From the IMG/VR virus record IMGVR_UViG_3300033571_014589, positions 1 to 64,000 of that record: a stretch of DNA of 64,000 nt; one strand, given 5' to 3'. This DNA is from an uncultured virus (IMG/VR IMGVR_UViG_3300033571_014589) (lineage: Duplodnaviria; Heunggongvirae; Uroviricota; Caudoviricetes). Within the stretch, counting starts at the first letter, position 1. Each line of letters starts with the position of its first letter. This document shows positions 30,917 to 39,605 of the stretch, piece by piece. The notes below the pieces were generated by a model. The model was not told the origin of the DNA and did no database searches. It saw nothing but the letters and a program-made list of their open reading frames with translations. The position numbers and the translations under genes are program-made.

Positions 30917-31512
30917 TATATTCCTGTTGAACCGAAACCTTTATCTTTTCTATCTCTTTCTTCAATTTCCACAACTTCATGTAGATTAACCATTTTTCCA
31001 TTATAAACAGGACAAAGAACCCCTTGTGCAATTTTCATACCTTTTTTAATGGTATATGGTTTATTGTTTGTGTTAAACACAATAACCATAATCTCACCTG
31101 TATAACCCTCATCAACGGTTCCCGGTGTATTTAAAACCGTTAATCCTTCCTTCAATGCCAGACCACTTTTTGGTCTTACTTGCATTTCACTTCCTTTTGG
31201 AAGTTCAAATTTCAATCCTGTTTTAACTAACGCTCTCCCAAATTCAGGTATGATAACTTCCTCGATTGAATGAAAGTCAAACCCTGAATCTGTTTCATAA
31301 TTATATTTCGGAGTAACAGCATCAGGATGAATTTTAATATATTTTAATTCATGTTTATATCTGAAAAGTTCATCCGTTTGTTTATTCAAAAGTTCCTCAT
31401 CAATACCCATTTGTTTCATCATTTCTTTCATTGATGAAAAATCAATATCATCAGTTTTTAAGTTTTTTAACTGTTTACTCATTTTCATTATATTTTTTAT
31501 ATCATTGAACAT
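30916..31512 (-). CDS. dut: Trimeric dUTPase with ~50-aa N-terminal extension
   Basis: SGFDF, RPKSGLA, NTPGTVDEGYTGEI, KIAQ, R.DKGFGSTG. Confidence 0.93.
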   Translation of the reverse strand: MFNDIKNIMKMSKQLKNLKTDDIDFSSMKEMMKQMGIDEELLNKQTDELFRYKHELKYIKIHPDAVTPKYNYETDSGFDFHSIEEVIIPEFGRALVKTGLKFELPKGSEMQVRPKSGLALKEGLTVLNTPGTVDEGYTGEIMVIVFNTNNKPYTIKKGMKIAQGVLCPVYNGKMVNLHEVVEIEERDRKDKGFGSTGI

Positions 31513-32212
31513 ATTCTAAAGTATCAAATTTGTTTATTAAATCTACCAAAACCCTAACATCTTGTTGACAGTATTCAGATATCTTATCCAAAATTCCCGC
31601 TTCCCAATAAGAAGAATGTACAATATTACCTGTTACTTCTCCTCCTTTTGAACTTTCACATCCCATTGCAACAGATATAAGTTCAAGTTGTGCGATAGAA
31701 AATTGGTTAATACCATTCCAAAATTCTTTTGTATCCAAAGCTTTAACCTCCCAAGGTTTTGTTTCAGAAGTTGGTAATATTCTTGCTGGTTGAAATCCGT
31801 TGATTACCATTCTTTTAAATAACATTGGAATGTCAAATCCTTTAATATTGTGTCCACACAATACGAAATCTAATTTTTGTATCTTATTTAGAAGTTTGAT
31901 AACATTTCTCAACAATTCCTTTTCATCGTCCATTGCATATGTTTGAGTTTGCATTTCACCTTTTTGATTAATAAAAGCAAAACTAGCCACAACAATTTTT
32001 GCAAATTCAGGAATCAATCCTGACCTTGAGATATAAACCTCTTCGGGTGTTTTTGACGAATCTTCAGGAAATCTTTTATGAAACCAATCTTGGTATTTCA
32101 TAAAAACATTATACATTTCTGGTTTATTTTTTTCAAGTTCAGATAATGTTGGAAATTCTCCAACGGTTTCTAAATCAAAAAATAGGAGTTTGGTTTTTGG
32201 ATATGGTAGCAT
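31502..32212 (-). CDS. Stand-alone DnaQ/PolB-type 3'-5' exonuclease
   Basis: FFDLETV (ExoI), GHNIKGFD (ExoII), YCQQDV (ExoIII). Confidence 0.85.
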   Translation of the reverse strand: MLPYPKTKLLFFDLETVGEFPTLSELEKNKPEMYNVFMKYQDWFHKRFPEDSSKTPEEVYISRSGLIPEFAKIVVASFAFINQKGEMQTQTYAMDDEKELLRNVIKLLNKIQKLDFVLCGHNIKGFDIPMLFKRMVINGFQPARILPTSETKPWEVKALDTKEFWNGINQFSIAQLELISVAMGCESSKGGEVTGNIVHSSYWEAGILDKISEYCQQDVRVLVDLINKFDTLEYVQ

Positions 32213-33459
32213 TATTTTAGTGTTTTATATAATTCAGCTCTATGTTTTGTTACAATATTTAAATCGTATTTGTCTTTTACAGTTTCGTATAATCTTTGAC
32301 CTAAGTCGTATGCCATATTTGGGTTTTGAATAAGTTTCTTCATTGCCTTTGCCCAATCAGAATGATTCCTTTTCTCATCAACCAAAATAGCATTACCATT
32401 AATAAAATTACCATTTTCTAAGCAATGTTTCAAGTCCAAAGTATAAGGACCCAAATTCGATGCAATAATTGCCTTTTTATAAAACCCCGCTTCAATCACT
32501 TTCAGTTGTGATTTTACTCTGTTAAAAATGTGGTTTACAATAGGAGCCAATGAAACATCAAACTTTGCATAGTTTTTAGCATATCCATTAATTGGTTCGG
32601 TCCATACCCTATTATAGAATTCTTCACCGTTCCAAGATTCCTGTCTATACTTCAATAAATAATTTTTATATTCAGGTGAAGTGAATTCATAATTTTTGGT
32701 AAAAATTTCTTCGTATCTCGCCCAAACCGTTTCTTCGGGTCTAATAGGTCTTTGTTTTTCTTCACCTGTTTGTGCATTAATTTCAGTCATTGTTCCTCTA
32801 ACATCAAAACCACATAAGAAAAATTGCGACTTATTTCTTAAATCATTACCAAGTACATCTGTACATCCTTTTAAAAGGTTTAAGTCATGCAAATGTGATG
32901 AACCACCAAGCCAACCAAATCTCATTTTATCAGATGGTTCGGTTTTTGCATTAAATTGTGGTTCTTTCGGGTTAATTGCGTTAGGTAATACAAAAACATT
33001 TTTATTGTATTTTTTAATTTCATCAGCAAAAATCGGTGTTGTGGTTGTTACATATTTTGCAACTTTAAGATTTGCGATAATTTTTTCGTGGATTTTATGT
33101 TGAACAACCAAATGGTGAACAGGGTGTTCTTTGGTTGGCAACCAATAATCATCCAAATCCATAACCGTTATAATTCCTAAACTATTTAAAATCTGAATCA
33201 TTGTATTTGATTTTTCATAATCAGGATTCAAACTTCTATGGAAGCAGACCATATCATATTTTGTCCAAAATGATATGTCATCCATATTTGGATTATAATC
33301 AATATCTACATGGAAATCATCAGGATATTGATTTTGTAGCATTATGTGGGGGTCTAAAGAACGAAATTTTCCTTAACCTACCCCTGTACGGTCAGATGCG
33401 AGAACAAGTATTCGAATCTTTTGACGACCATTCAGGGGCGAATCATTTTTTTGTGTCAT
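32212..33459 (-). CDS. GT-B (GT4-like) glycosyltransferase with in-frame TAA at codon 29 (recoding candidate or pseudogene)
   Basis: ATG 33459: MTQKNDSPLNGRQKIRILVLASDRTGVG*GKFRSLDPHI continues in frame into the 376-aa ORF (MDLDDYW, VLPNAI, FGWLGGSSH, FNRVKSQLKVIEAG). Confidence 0.75.
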
Positions 33460-33514
33460 TTTTATTAAAAAAATATAATTTATGAAATTTGATTTTAAAT
33501 CAAATTACCGTAAA

Positions 33515-33543
33515 AATATAATATCTAAGATTATTTAAGTCAA
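33515..33543 (-). promoter_or_regulatory. Putative sigma70-type promoter of the glycosylation operon
   Basis: TTGACT-17 nt-TATATT. Confidence 0.55.
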
Positions 33544-33577
33544 TCTGTTTTTTCTATTATTAATATATTTATCTAAA

Positions 33578-34060
33578 ATGAAAGAACTAATCAGAAAAAT
33601 ATTAAAAGAAGAAACCGAAGAAGTTCTTGAACTTCCATCAATCAAATATTTTCTTAATGATTGGAAATGGGTTATTAAATTTGTTAAAAGTGAAGGAAAT
33701 CCATTATTTTCAATTCAAGAAAGTCTTATTTTAAGACACAATAGTCTAAAAACTCTTGGAAGATTATATTCAGTTGAAGGTAATTTGGACTTATATGGAT
33801 GTAAAAACCTAACATCTCTTGGAAAACTATCACATGTTGGGGAATGGTTGGATTTAAGAGGAACAAATATAACATCTCTTGGAAATTTAACACATGTCGG
33901 TGGAGGTTTGGATTTATATGAATGTAAAAGCTTAACATCTCTTGGAAGACTACAACATGTTGGTGGTCTTTTGGATTTAAGAGATACACCAATGGCTAAT
34001 GAATATTCCGAAGAAGAAATACGAAAAATGGTTAATGTTGAAGGAAATATTTATCTATAA
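33578..34060 (+). CDS. Leucine-rich-repeat-like protein with MKELIRKILKEE leader
   Basis: 4-5 repeats of L..VGG.LDL..(C)..LTSLG; aacatctcttggaa repeated at DNA level; TATTTAT upstream. Confidence 0.75.
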   Translation: MKELIRKILKEETEEVLELPSIKYFLNDWKWVIKFVKSEGNPLFSIQESLILRHNSLKTLGRLYSVEGNLDLYGCKNLTSLGKLSHVGEWLDLRGTNITSLGNLTHVGGGLDLYECKSLTSLGRLQHVGGLLDLRDTPMANEYSEEEIRKMVNVEGNIYL

Positions 34061-34068
34061 TGAAAGAA

Positions 34069-34653
34069 CTATTGTACTTTCTTTATTTTTGTCACCTTAC
34101 CTTCGAAAATATGCTTTCCTACCTTTAATTGAAGGGTTTCGTTAGATTTTGATTCACCCTCAACAACTAATCCTGCTTTAGATAGTTCTTCTTTAATTGT
34201 ATCTCTAACAGTGTCTCTAATAAGATTTCTTATTGAATTTAAGTCTATACTTTCAGTTATATTCTTTTGTGTTTGAGTATTAGGTTGTTTCTTTTCAACC
34301 CCCATTAATTTCTGAGCCCCCTCAATAACTTCTTCTGATAGAAAACTAGTATTTAAACCTGGTACTGTTGGTTTTTCAATAGGGTTTTCAATCATTAATT
34401 TTTTTATTTCATCAGGTAATTTTGAATTTAAAATTCTATCTTGTGTAATTGGAACATTTTCATTTCTTACAACCGTTGAAGATTGTTCACCCAAAAATTC
34501 TTGGGGTATGTTATATGTTGCGGGTAAAGGATTATATGATTCTACTTGTGGTACGGTATTAGTCATAGGTAAAGAATTCGCAGACCTAGGTAGTTCATTA
34601 TGTTTATCCATTATTTTTTTCGAAATTGCTAATTTTGACATTAAATCATCCAT
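34069..34653 (-). CDS. Hypothetical protein
   Basis: 194-aa ORF; ILNSKLPDEIKKLMIENPI; ITES/IKEE sites. Confidence 0.65.
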   Translation of the reverse strand: MDDLMSKLAISKKIMDKHNELPRSANSLPMTNTVPQVESYNPLPATYNIPQEFLGEQSSTVVRNENVPITQDRILNSKLPDEIKKLMIENPIEKPTVPGLNTSFLSEEVIEGAQKLMGVEKKQPNTQTQKNITESIDLNSIRNLIRDTVRDTIKEELSKAGLVVEGESKSNETLQLKVGKHIFEGKVTKIKKVQ

Positions 34654-34665
34654 ATTATTAATTAT

Positions 34666-35046
34666 TTATAATTTTGCATTTATGTAAACAACAGACATTA
34701 ATTTATCTCCTGTTGTATTATAATTTGACGGTAATTCATTAAATTTTTCACCTGTTCTCTGAAACGTAAAAGTTTTATCTATTCTAAATAATCTCCAACC
34801 CGGTAAAACTTTTTTACCGATTGCAACACTATGTGACGCTCCTTCAGGTTCATATGCCCTTAAAACTAAATTTCCTTTTAATGAACGTCCCAAACAAACA
34901 GGATAAACAGTTCTATATCCTTTACCACCTGGTTCGTCACCATCGTATGTTATAATAATAACATCACGATTTTTGATTGCCCTTTGCAAATCATTAAATG
35001 ATACGGCTTCAGTAATAAAACTTTTTATAGTTTCAAGTAACTTCAT
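34666..35046 (-). CDS. Stand-alone WYL-domain protein
   Basis: ITY..G...R.VYPVCLG....NLVLRAY..GWRLFRIDK. Confidence 0.75.
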   Translation of the reverse strand: MKLLETIKSFITEAVSFNDLQRAIKNRDVIIITYDGDEPGGKGYRTVYPVCLGRSLKGNLVLRAYEPEGASHSVAIGKKVLPGWRLFRIDKTFTFQRTGEKFNELPSNYNTTGDKLMSVVYINAKL

Positions 35047-35348
35047 TATCCAGGAATTTGATATGGGTTTTTTCTGTTGTATTTATTTATTTTGATGTTT
35101 TCTTTTCTGTCTATAATGTCATCTTTTGTTCCTGCATTTTCATTACCTACATCAAGAAAAATACCAGTTCCTCTACCTAAAGAATCACCATCGGCAATAG
35201 CATCTTTATTTGTGGTTCCATAAAGATTATCGACATTATAATCGTTTCTTGCAAATAATTTTTGTCTTTGTTGTTCGGCATAAAAACTCATTTGGTTTTT
35301 ATCTGCTTCTGGTTGAGAAAAATCTAATTTATCATTTTGTGTACTCAT
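35046..35348 (-). CDS. Hypothetical protein
   Basis: 100-aa ORF overlapping its neighbours. Confidence 0.65.
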   Translation of the reverse strand: MSTQNDKLDFSQPEADKNQMSFYAEQQRQKLFARNDYNVDNLYGTTNKDAIADGDSLGRGTGIFLDVGNENAGTKDDIIDRKENIKINKYNRKNPYQIPG

Positions 35349-35812
35349 AGTATTAATTTTTTAAACCAATTATTTATTTGTTCGATTTCTTCAGAAATAC
35401 CTGAAATTCTTTGACTTATTTTCTTATGTGAATGTGATGGTCTAAAATCAGTTCTTAAATCATCATTCTTAGTATGTGTTGATATAAATTGATTATCCAT
35501 AGCAGCATCGCTTTTTATTTGTTTTGGTAATCTTTTTCCTTCTCTTGAACTTTTAAGTTGATGTTCAACCCATCCTTTGAATGTTCCACCACCTAAGATA
35601 TGATATTCAGGACTTGATGTATTTCCGTTACTATCGAACCAGTTTTTTATTCTTTTTAATTGTTGATATGTTGCATAACCTGTTTCGGACAACTCTTTAG
35701 CTCTTTTAACATTCTCGACACTTTGGTTGGAGTATTTAGAAATTGAATTTCTTAAAATTTCCAAAATGTGTGGAGGAATATGATAATGGTGTCCGTATAG
35801 GTCCTTATTCAC
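35345..35812 (-). CDS. Hypothetical protein
   Basis: 155-aa ORF; TYQQLKRIKNWFD..LGG...KGWV. Confidence 0.65.
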   Translation of the reverse strand: MNKDLYGHHYHIPPHILEILRNSISKYSNQSVENVKRAKELSETGYATYQQLKRIKNWFDSNGNTSSPEYHILGGGTFKGWVEHQLKSSREGKRLPKQIKSDAAMDNQFISTHTKNDDLRTDFRPSHSHKKISQRISGISEEIEQINNWFKKLIL

Positions 35813-36509
35813 TTTTCAACATTTTTATTAATTCGTTTATGGTTATGCTTTCAGTTTCCGCTTGTTTTTTCAAAAACTTAATATTCTTTTTTAAAATTTT
35901 AGATACAGATGTTTCTTTTTTTGTAATATCCCCATCTTTCTTTGATTTTTTAACCAATATATCTTCAGTTACCTCATTTTCTTTTTCAAACAGTCTTTGC
36001 ATTTTTTTCTTACCTGGAATTTTTCCCATTTCTTTGGCTCTTTCCTCGGCATTAGATTCAATTTCTTTTTTTTCTGATTTAGATTTAGTATCTTCAATAC
36101 CTAATAATTCAGATAAATAATCGACAGTTTCATCATAGGTCATAAAATCTGTTTCTTCTTCCCTACCAAAAACTTTACTCATATCTTCTTCATAAAAATG
36201 TCTTCTATACCCCATTCTAAAAATATCATAAACATTTCTTGCCATTGATATGGTTTGGTCTGTGGTTTTCTTTGGTGTAACATGTGGGTCTAATATCGGA
36301 ATTTTTGAACTTAAAAAAGTTCCGTCTCTATCAACCAATTCATCTATTTCACCTTCAGATTTTTCAGATTTTCTTTTTATAACATCCAAATAACTTTTAT
36401 GGTTTCTACACGGCATGTATCTATCATTATACATTTTATGTGTTCCAATACAACCAAGTTCTTTGGCTTTTTGGACTGCTTCTTCCTTAGTTTTATATTC
36501 GTGTATCAT
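35805..36509 (-). CDS. Hypothetical charged protein
   Basis: 234-aa ORF; N-terminal A..KA.ELGC.G.H....YMPC..H motif; TATTTAT upstream. Confidence 0.65.
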   Translation of the reverse strand: MIHEYKTKEEAVQKAKELGCIGTHKMYNDRYMPCRNHKSYLDVIKRKSEKSEGEIDELVDRDGTFLSSKIPILDPHVTPKKTTDQTISMARNVYDIFRMGYRRHFYEEDMSKVFGREEETDFMTYDETVDYLSELLGIEDTKSKSEKKEIESNAEERAKEMGKIPGKKKMQRLFEKENEVTEDILVKKSKKDGDITKKETSVSKILKKNIKFLKKQAETESITINELIKMLKSE

Positions 36510-36560
36510 TTATAGAATTTATTTTATTATAAATACAATAATGTTTGTATTTATTTATGA

Positions 36561-39101
36561 ATGGCAACACAGAATATCAATAACTTTTATTTTAGAAGAT
36601 TCGATGCATTTACAGACGACAGTGAATATACTGATTTCTTTCTAGTTGCAGACGAAAAACAATACGATGAAGAAGTAATTTTTTCTAATCAATTAATTGC
36701 ATATGAAAACGGACAAAGATTACCAATCAACATAGAATTGTTCAATACTGGTTCATCACAAAATATTTTATTATCATATGGTGAATATAATACAGGAAAC
36801 ACATTAGTTTCTTTAAACAATTACAATGATAATACATTAAATGATACTTGTTATAGTGCATTTACAGGTATTTGTGATGTAGGTTTAACAGCTATTGATA
36901 ATGGACTTGTTACGGATATGACAGGAAATACTTTGTATTATTCTATGGGTATCCGAGATGATTACAAGTTTGACCCATTACATTACGATAGAAGATTTAA
37001 AATGAGACCTGTAACAGGATACACACAAAGTCCTAATACAAGATTTTCAGGTATTTCGTCCCAAATATTGTATAATATTGTGACAAAAACAGGCTCAACA
37101 ATTGGTCAATATTATGACTTATATGGTGGATACCTACAAGGGTTTTATCAATTATATGGGTATGATTATAAGGTTTTACCTGAAAGAACAAATAAGGGTT
37201 GGACGGTTGAAATGTTACTAAAACCTAGAGTAACCGATGAATTTACACCTGGTGAAAATCAAACTTATTTAAATAACATATATCCTGATAACGCTGGTAC
37301 TTTCTTTTTCATGGGTACAAGAGCGGAAAATAAATTTTGGCATTACGCTTCAGGTACAAATTCAGGGAATACAGGATATACAAGAGTAACAGAAAGTTTA
37401 TCAAACGGATGTATCGAAACTTGTTCTTGTAGTAATACAGCGGTAACAAATTCAAATTGTTATACAACATATCCACTTTCGGCAATTACAATACAAAAAA
37501 ATTGTTCAACGGACACCGTAATACAAACAGAAAAAAATACACAATTAGACACATATTCAAATGCACTTTCATTTAGATTAGAAGGTGACCCAACCAATCC
37601 AAAATTATGTGTAAAATACCTTTTATGGACGGGTAATTGCGAAACAACAGGAAGTTGTACAAATACCGGAGTAACTTATGAAACAGGTTATACAATTACT
37701 GAAATTTGTTCAACTGACGGAATTTATGATGTTTGTAGAACAGGAAATACTGGTATTGACAATTGGGTAATGATTAATGTCGTATTCAGTAGATATCAAA
37801 CATTAGAAGATTGTGATTTAATTAATTTAGGTGGTTTAGGTGGGATGAGAGAATTAGTTTACACGGCATCCGCAGTTGATAATACGGTGTCGTTAATTAA
37901 ACCCCCTAGTACACATCCTGATAACACATACCCCGAAAAAGTTGAAATAATTAGTTTGCAACAAAAGTGGTTAGAAGAAAGAAACTATAGATTGGGTGAT
38001 TTAATTTTTTATGTAAACGGAAAACGTTTTATGAAAATTGAAAACTTTGAAGAAATTATTCCAAGAGAATTGGATGAAGTTAAAGAAAAACAAGTAGGAG
38101 TTCCGTTTAATATTTCTTGGGGTGGTGGTAGTTTCGGTCTAAGAGAATCATTAACATTTAGTGGTTGTTCAGGAGCAACAGGACCATATATTCAAGACCC
38201 TGAAGTAATGTCTGAAAATACTTTAAGTGGTACTAGTCTATCAGGTCTATCAACTCCAATATTAATAGAACAAAATTTTGGTGGTACATTTATGGGTGCA
38301 ATATCAGAATTTAGAATGTATATTGAACCTTTAGTTTCATCACAAATACAACATAACTACAGAATACTAAAAGATAAATACCAATTCTTTGATGTTGATT
38401 GTCCAACTTGTCCGACACCAACTCCGACACCAACACCTTCTGTTACCCCTAATCTATCACCAACTCCGACACCATCGGTTACTCCAACGGCAACAATTAC
38501 ACCGACACCAACACCGACACCAAGCGAATTGCCGAAGTTGGCTTATCTATTCATAGAACCACAAACAGGTTCAACATTAATTGGTCAATACTTATACGAC
38601 TTGGATAATACAAGATTGTTCTTTGGATTTACAAACGCATCAATGCCTGATACAACAGATGCGACACAATTCAATGTGGATATGAACCAATATGTTTCTT
38701 ATTCTGGTTGGTCAAATGGAGTATTCCCCGCAGTTCAAAGTGAAACTGTACCACAAACATCAGGAGGTGTTGATAGTTTTGGAAACGCAATACAAGCATA
38801 CAACTTCAAAACACACGAAGTTTCTGCTCATACGATTAATAGTCCTGCGTGGTTTACTTGGATTATTGCAACAGGTTTCACAAACGGATTACAACAATTG
38901 CAGATTGATTATAATGTCAATGGAAATCCGAATGTATTTACAACAGTATTTACCGAATCAACAATTAGAAGTCAAACATTTACTTATACAGGTTCAACAA
39001 TACCTCCTGGAACATATAGAGTTTACACCACATTTAGTGACTTTGCATTCTATATCACAGATAATGATAATATATACTTTAAAGGTAATGTTTGTGGGTA
39101 A
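36561..39101 (+). CDS. Virion surface protein, LamG/concanavalin-like, with Pro-Thr linker
   Basis: GWTVEMLLK, LIFYVNG, FMGAISEFRMY..PL...QI..NY (LamG-like); Cys-rich insert; PT repeats; many [ST]Gx[ST]. Confidence 0.6.
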   Translation: MATQNINNFYFRRFDAFTDDSEYTDFFLVADEKQYDEEVIFSNQLIAYENGQRLPINIELFNTGSSQNILLSYGEYNTGNTLVSLNNYNDNTLNDTCYSAFTGICDVGLTAIDNGLVTDMTGNTLYYSMGIRDDYKFDPLHYDRRFKMRPVTGYTQSPNTRFSGISSQILYNIVTKTGSTIGQYYDLYGGYLQGFYQLYGYDYKVLPERTNKGWTVEMLLKPRVTDEFTPGENQTYLNNIYPDNAGTFFFMGTRAENKFWHYASGTNSGNTGYTRVTESLSNGCIETCSCSNTAVTNSNCYTTYPLSAITIQKNCSTDTVIQTEKNTQLDTYSNALSFRLEGDPTNPKLCVKYLLWTGNCETTGSCTNTGVTYETGYTITEICSTDGIYDVCRTGNTGIDNWVMINVVFSRYQTLEDCDLINLGGLGGMRELVYTASAVDNTVSLIKPPSTHPDNTYPEKVEIISLQQKWLEERNYRLGDLIFYVNGKRFMKIENFEEIIPRELDEVKEKQVGVPFNISWGGGSFGLRESLTFSGCSGATGPYIQDPEVMSENTLSGTSLSGLSTPILIEQNFGGTFMGAISEFRMYIEPLVSSQIQHNYRILKDKYQFFDVDCPTCPTPTPTPTPSVTPNLSPTPTPSVTPTATITPTPTPTPSELPKLAYLFIEPQTGSTLIGQYLYDLDNTRLFFGFTNASMPDTTDATQFNVDMNQYVSYSGWSNGVFPAVQSETVPQTSGGVDSFGNAIQAYNFKTHEVSAHTINSPAWFTWIIATGFTNGLQQLQIDYNVNGNPNVFTTVFTESTIRSQTFTYTGSTIPPGTYRVYTTFSDFAFYITDNDNIYFKGNVCG
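38400..38530 (+). repeat. Pro-Thr low-complexity repeat linker
   Basis: CPTCPTPTPTPTPSVTPNLSPTPTPSVTPTATITPTPTPTPS. Confidence 0.9.
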
Positions 39102-39131
39102 AATAAATAAATTAAATAGTATTTATATATA

Positions 39132-39512
39132 ATGGAATTTTTTATAAAAAAAGGCGCAACACTCCCAATTCTTAAAATGCAAATTGTTAAGGATGGTAGG
39201 AACGATTTCCGTAATTTCATGGAAGATTTGGAAAATGCAATTATTACATTTTCAATGAGGAATGAAGGTGATGGTACATTAAAAATAGCTTCAAAACCAG
39301 CATATATTGTTCAAAAATTAATGGATAATCCTGATGCTCCTGTTGAATATTATATATATTATCAGTTTACCTCTAGTGATACAAAGAAATCAGGAAGGTT
39401 TTTAGGTGAATTTAGTGTAACCACTGCACAAGGGGAACTCATTGTTCCAATTAGAGAAAATCTTTATATTAATGTAACCGATTCATTTATTAAAACACAA
39501 TATTGTTGTTGA
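39132..39512 (+). CDS. BppU-N/Ig-like virion protein
   Basis: FFIKKGATLP.L...; YQF...DT..SG.F.GEF.V......P. Confidence 0.5.
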   Translation: MEFFIKKGATLPILKMQIVKDGRNDFRNFMEDLENAIITFSMRNEGDGTLKIASKPAYIVQKLMDNPDAPVEYYIYYQFTSSDTKKSGRFLGEFSVTTAQGELIVPIRENLYINVTDSFIKTQYCC

Positions 39513-39537
39513 TTTTATAATGTCTTAATATTATCAT
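39509..39537 (+). promoter_or_regulatory. Putative sigma70-type promoter of the DNA polymerase gene
   Basis: TTGATT-17 nt-TATCAT. Confidence 0.45.
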
Positions 39538-39605
39538 TTTCTTGAAATGAGGAAGGTAAATGTTATAATTCATGACAGCTAATACACCACTCGGAAAGGA
39601 AAAAT

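Noticed and set aside
33372..33377. GTTAAG (minus strand) read as a 6-nt GT..AG intron
   Set aside because: Far too short for any known splicing mechanism, and there is no spliceosome in a bacterial host; kept only as an RT-PCR control.
39544..39593. Fluoride riboswitch (GCTAAT.ACACC resemblance)
   Set aside because: Lacks the GAUGG..UUCGCC 5' core and pseudoknot, and polB is not a typical regulated gene.
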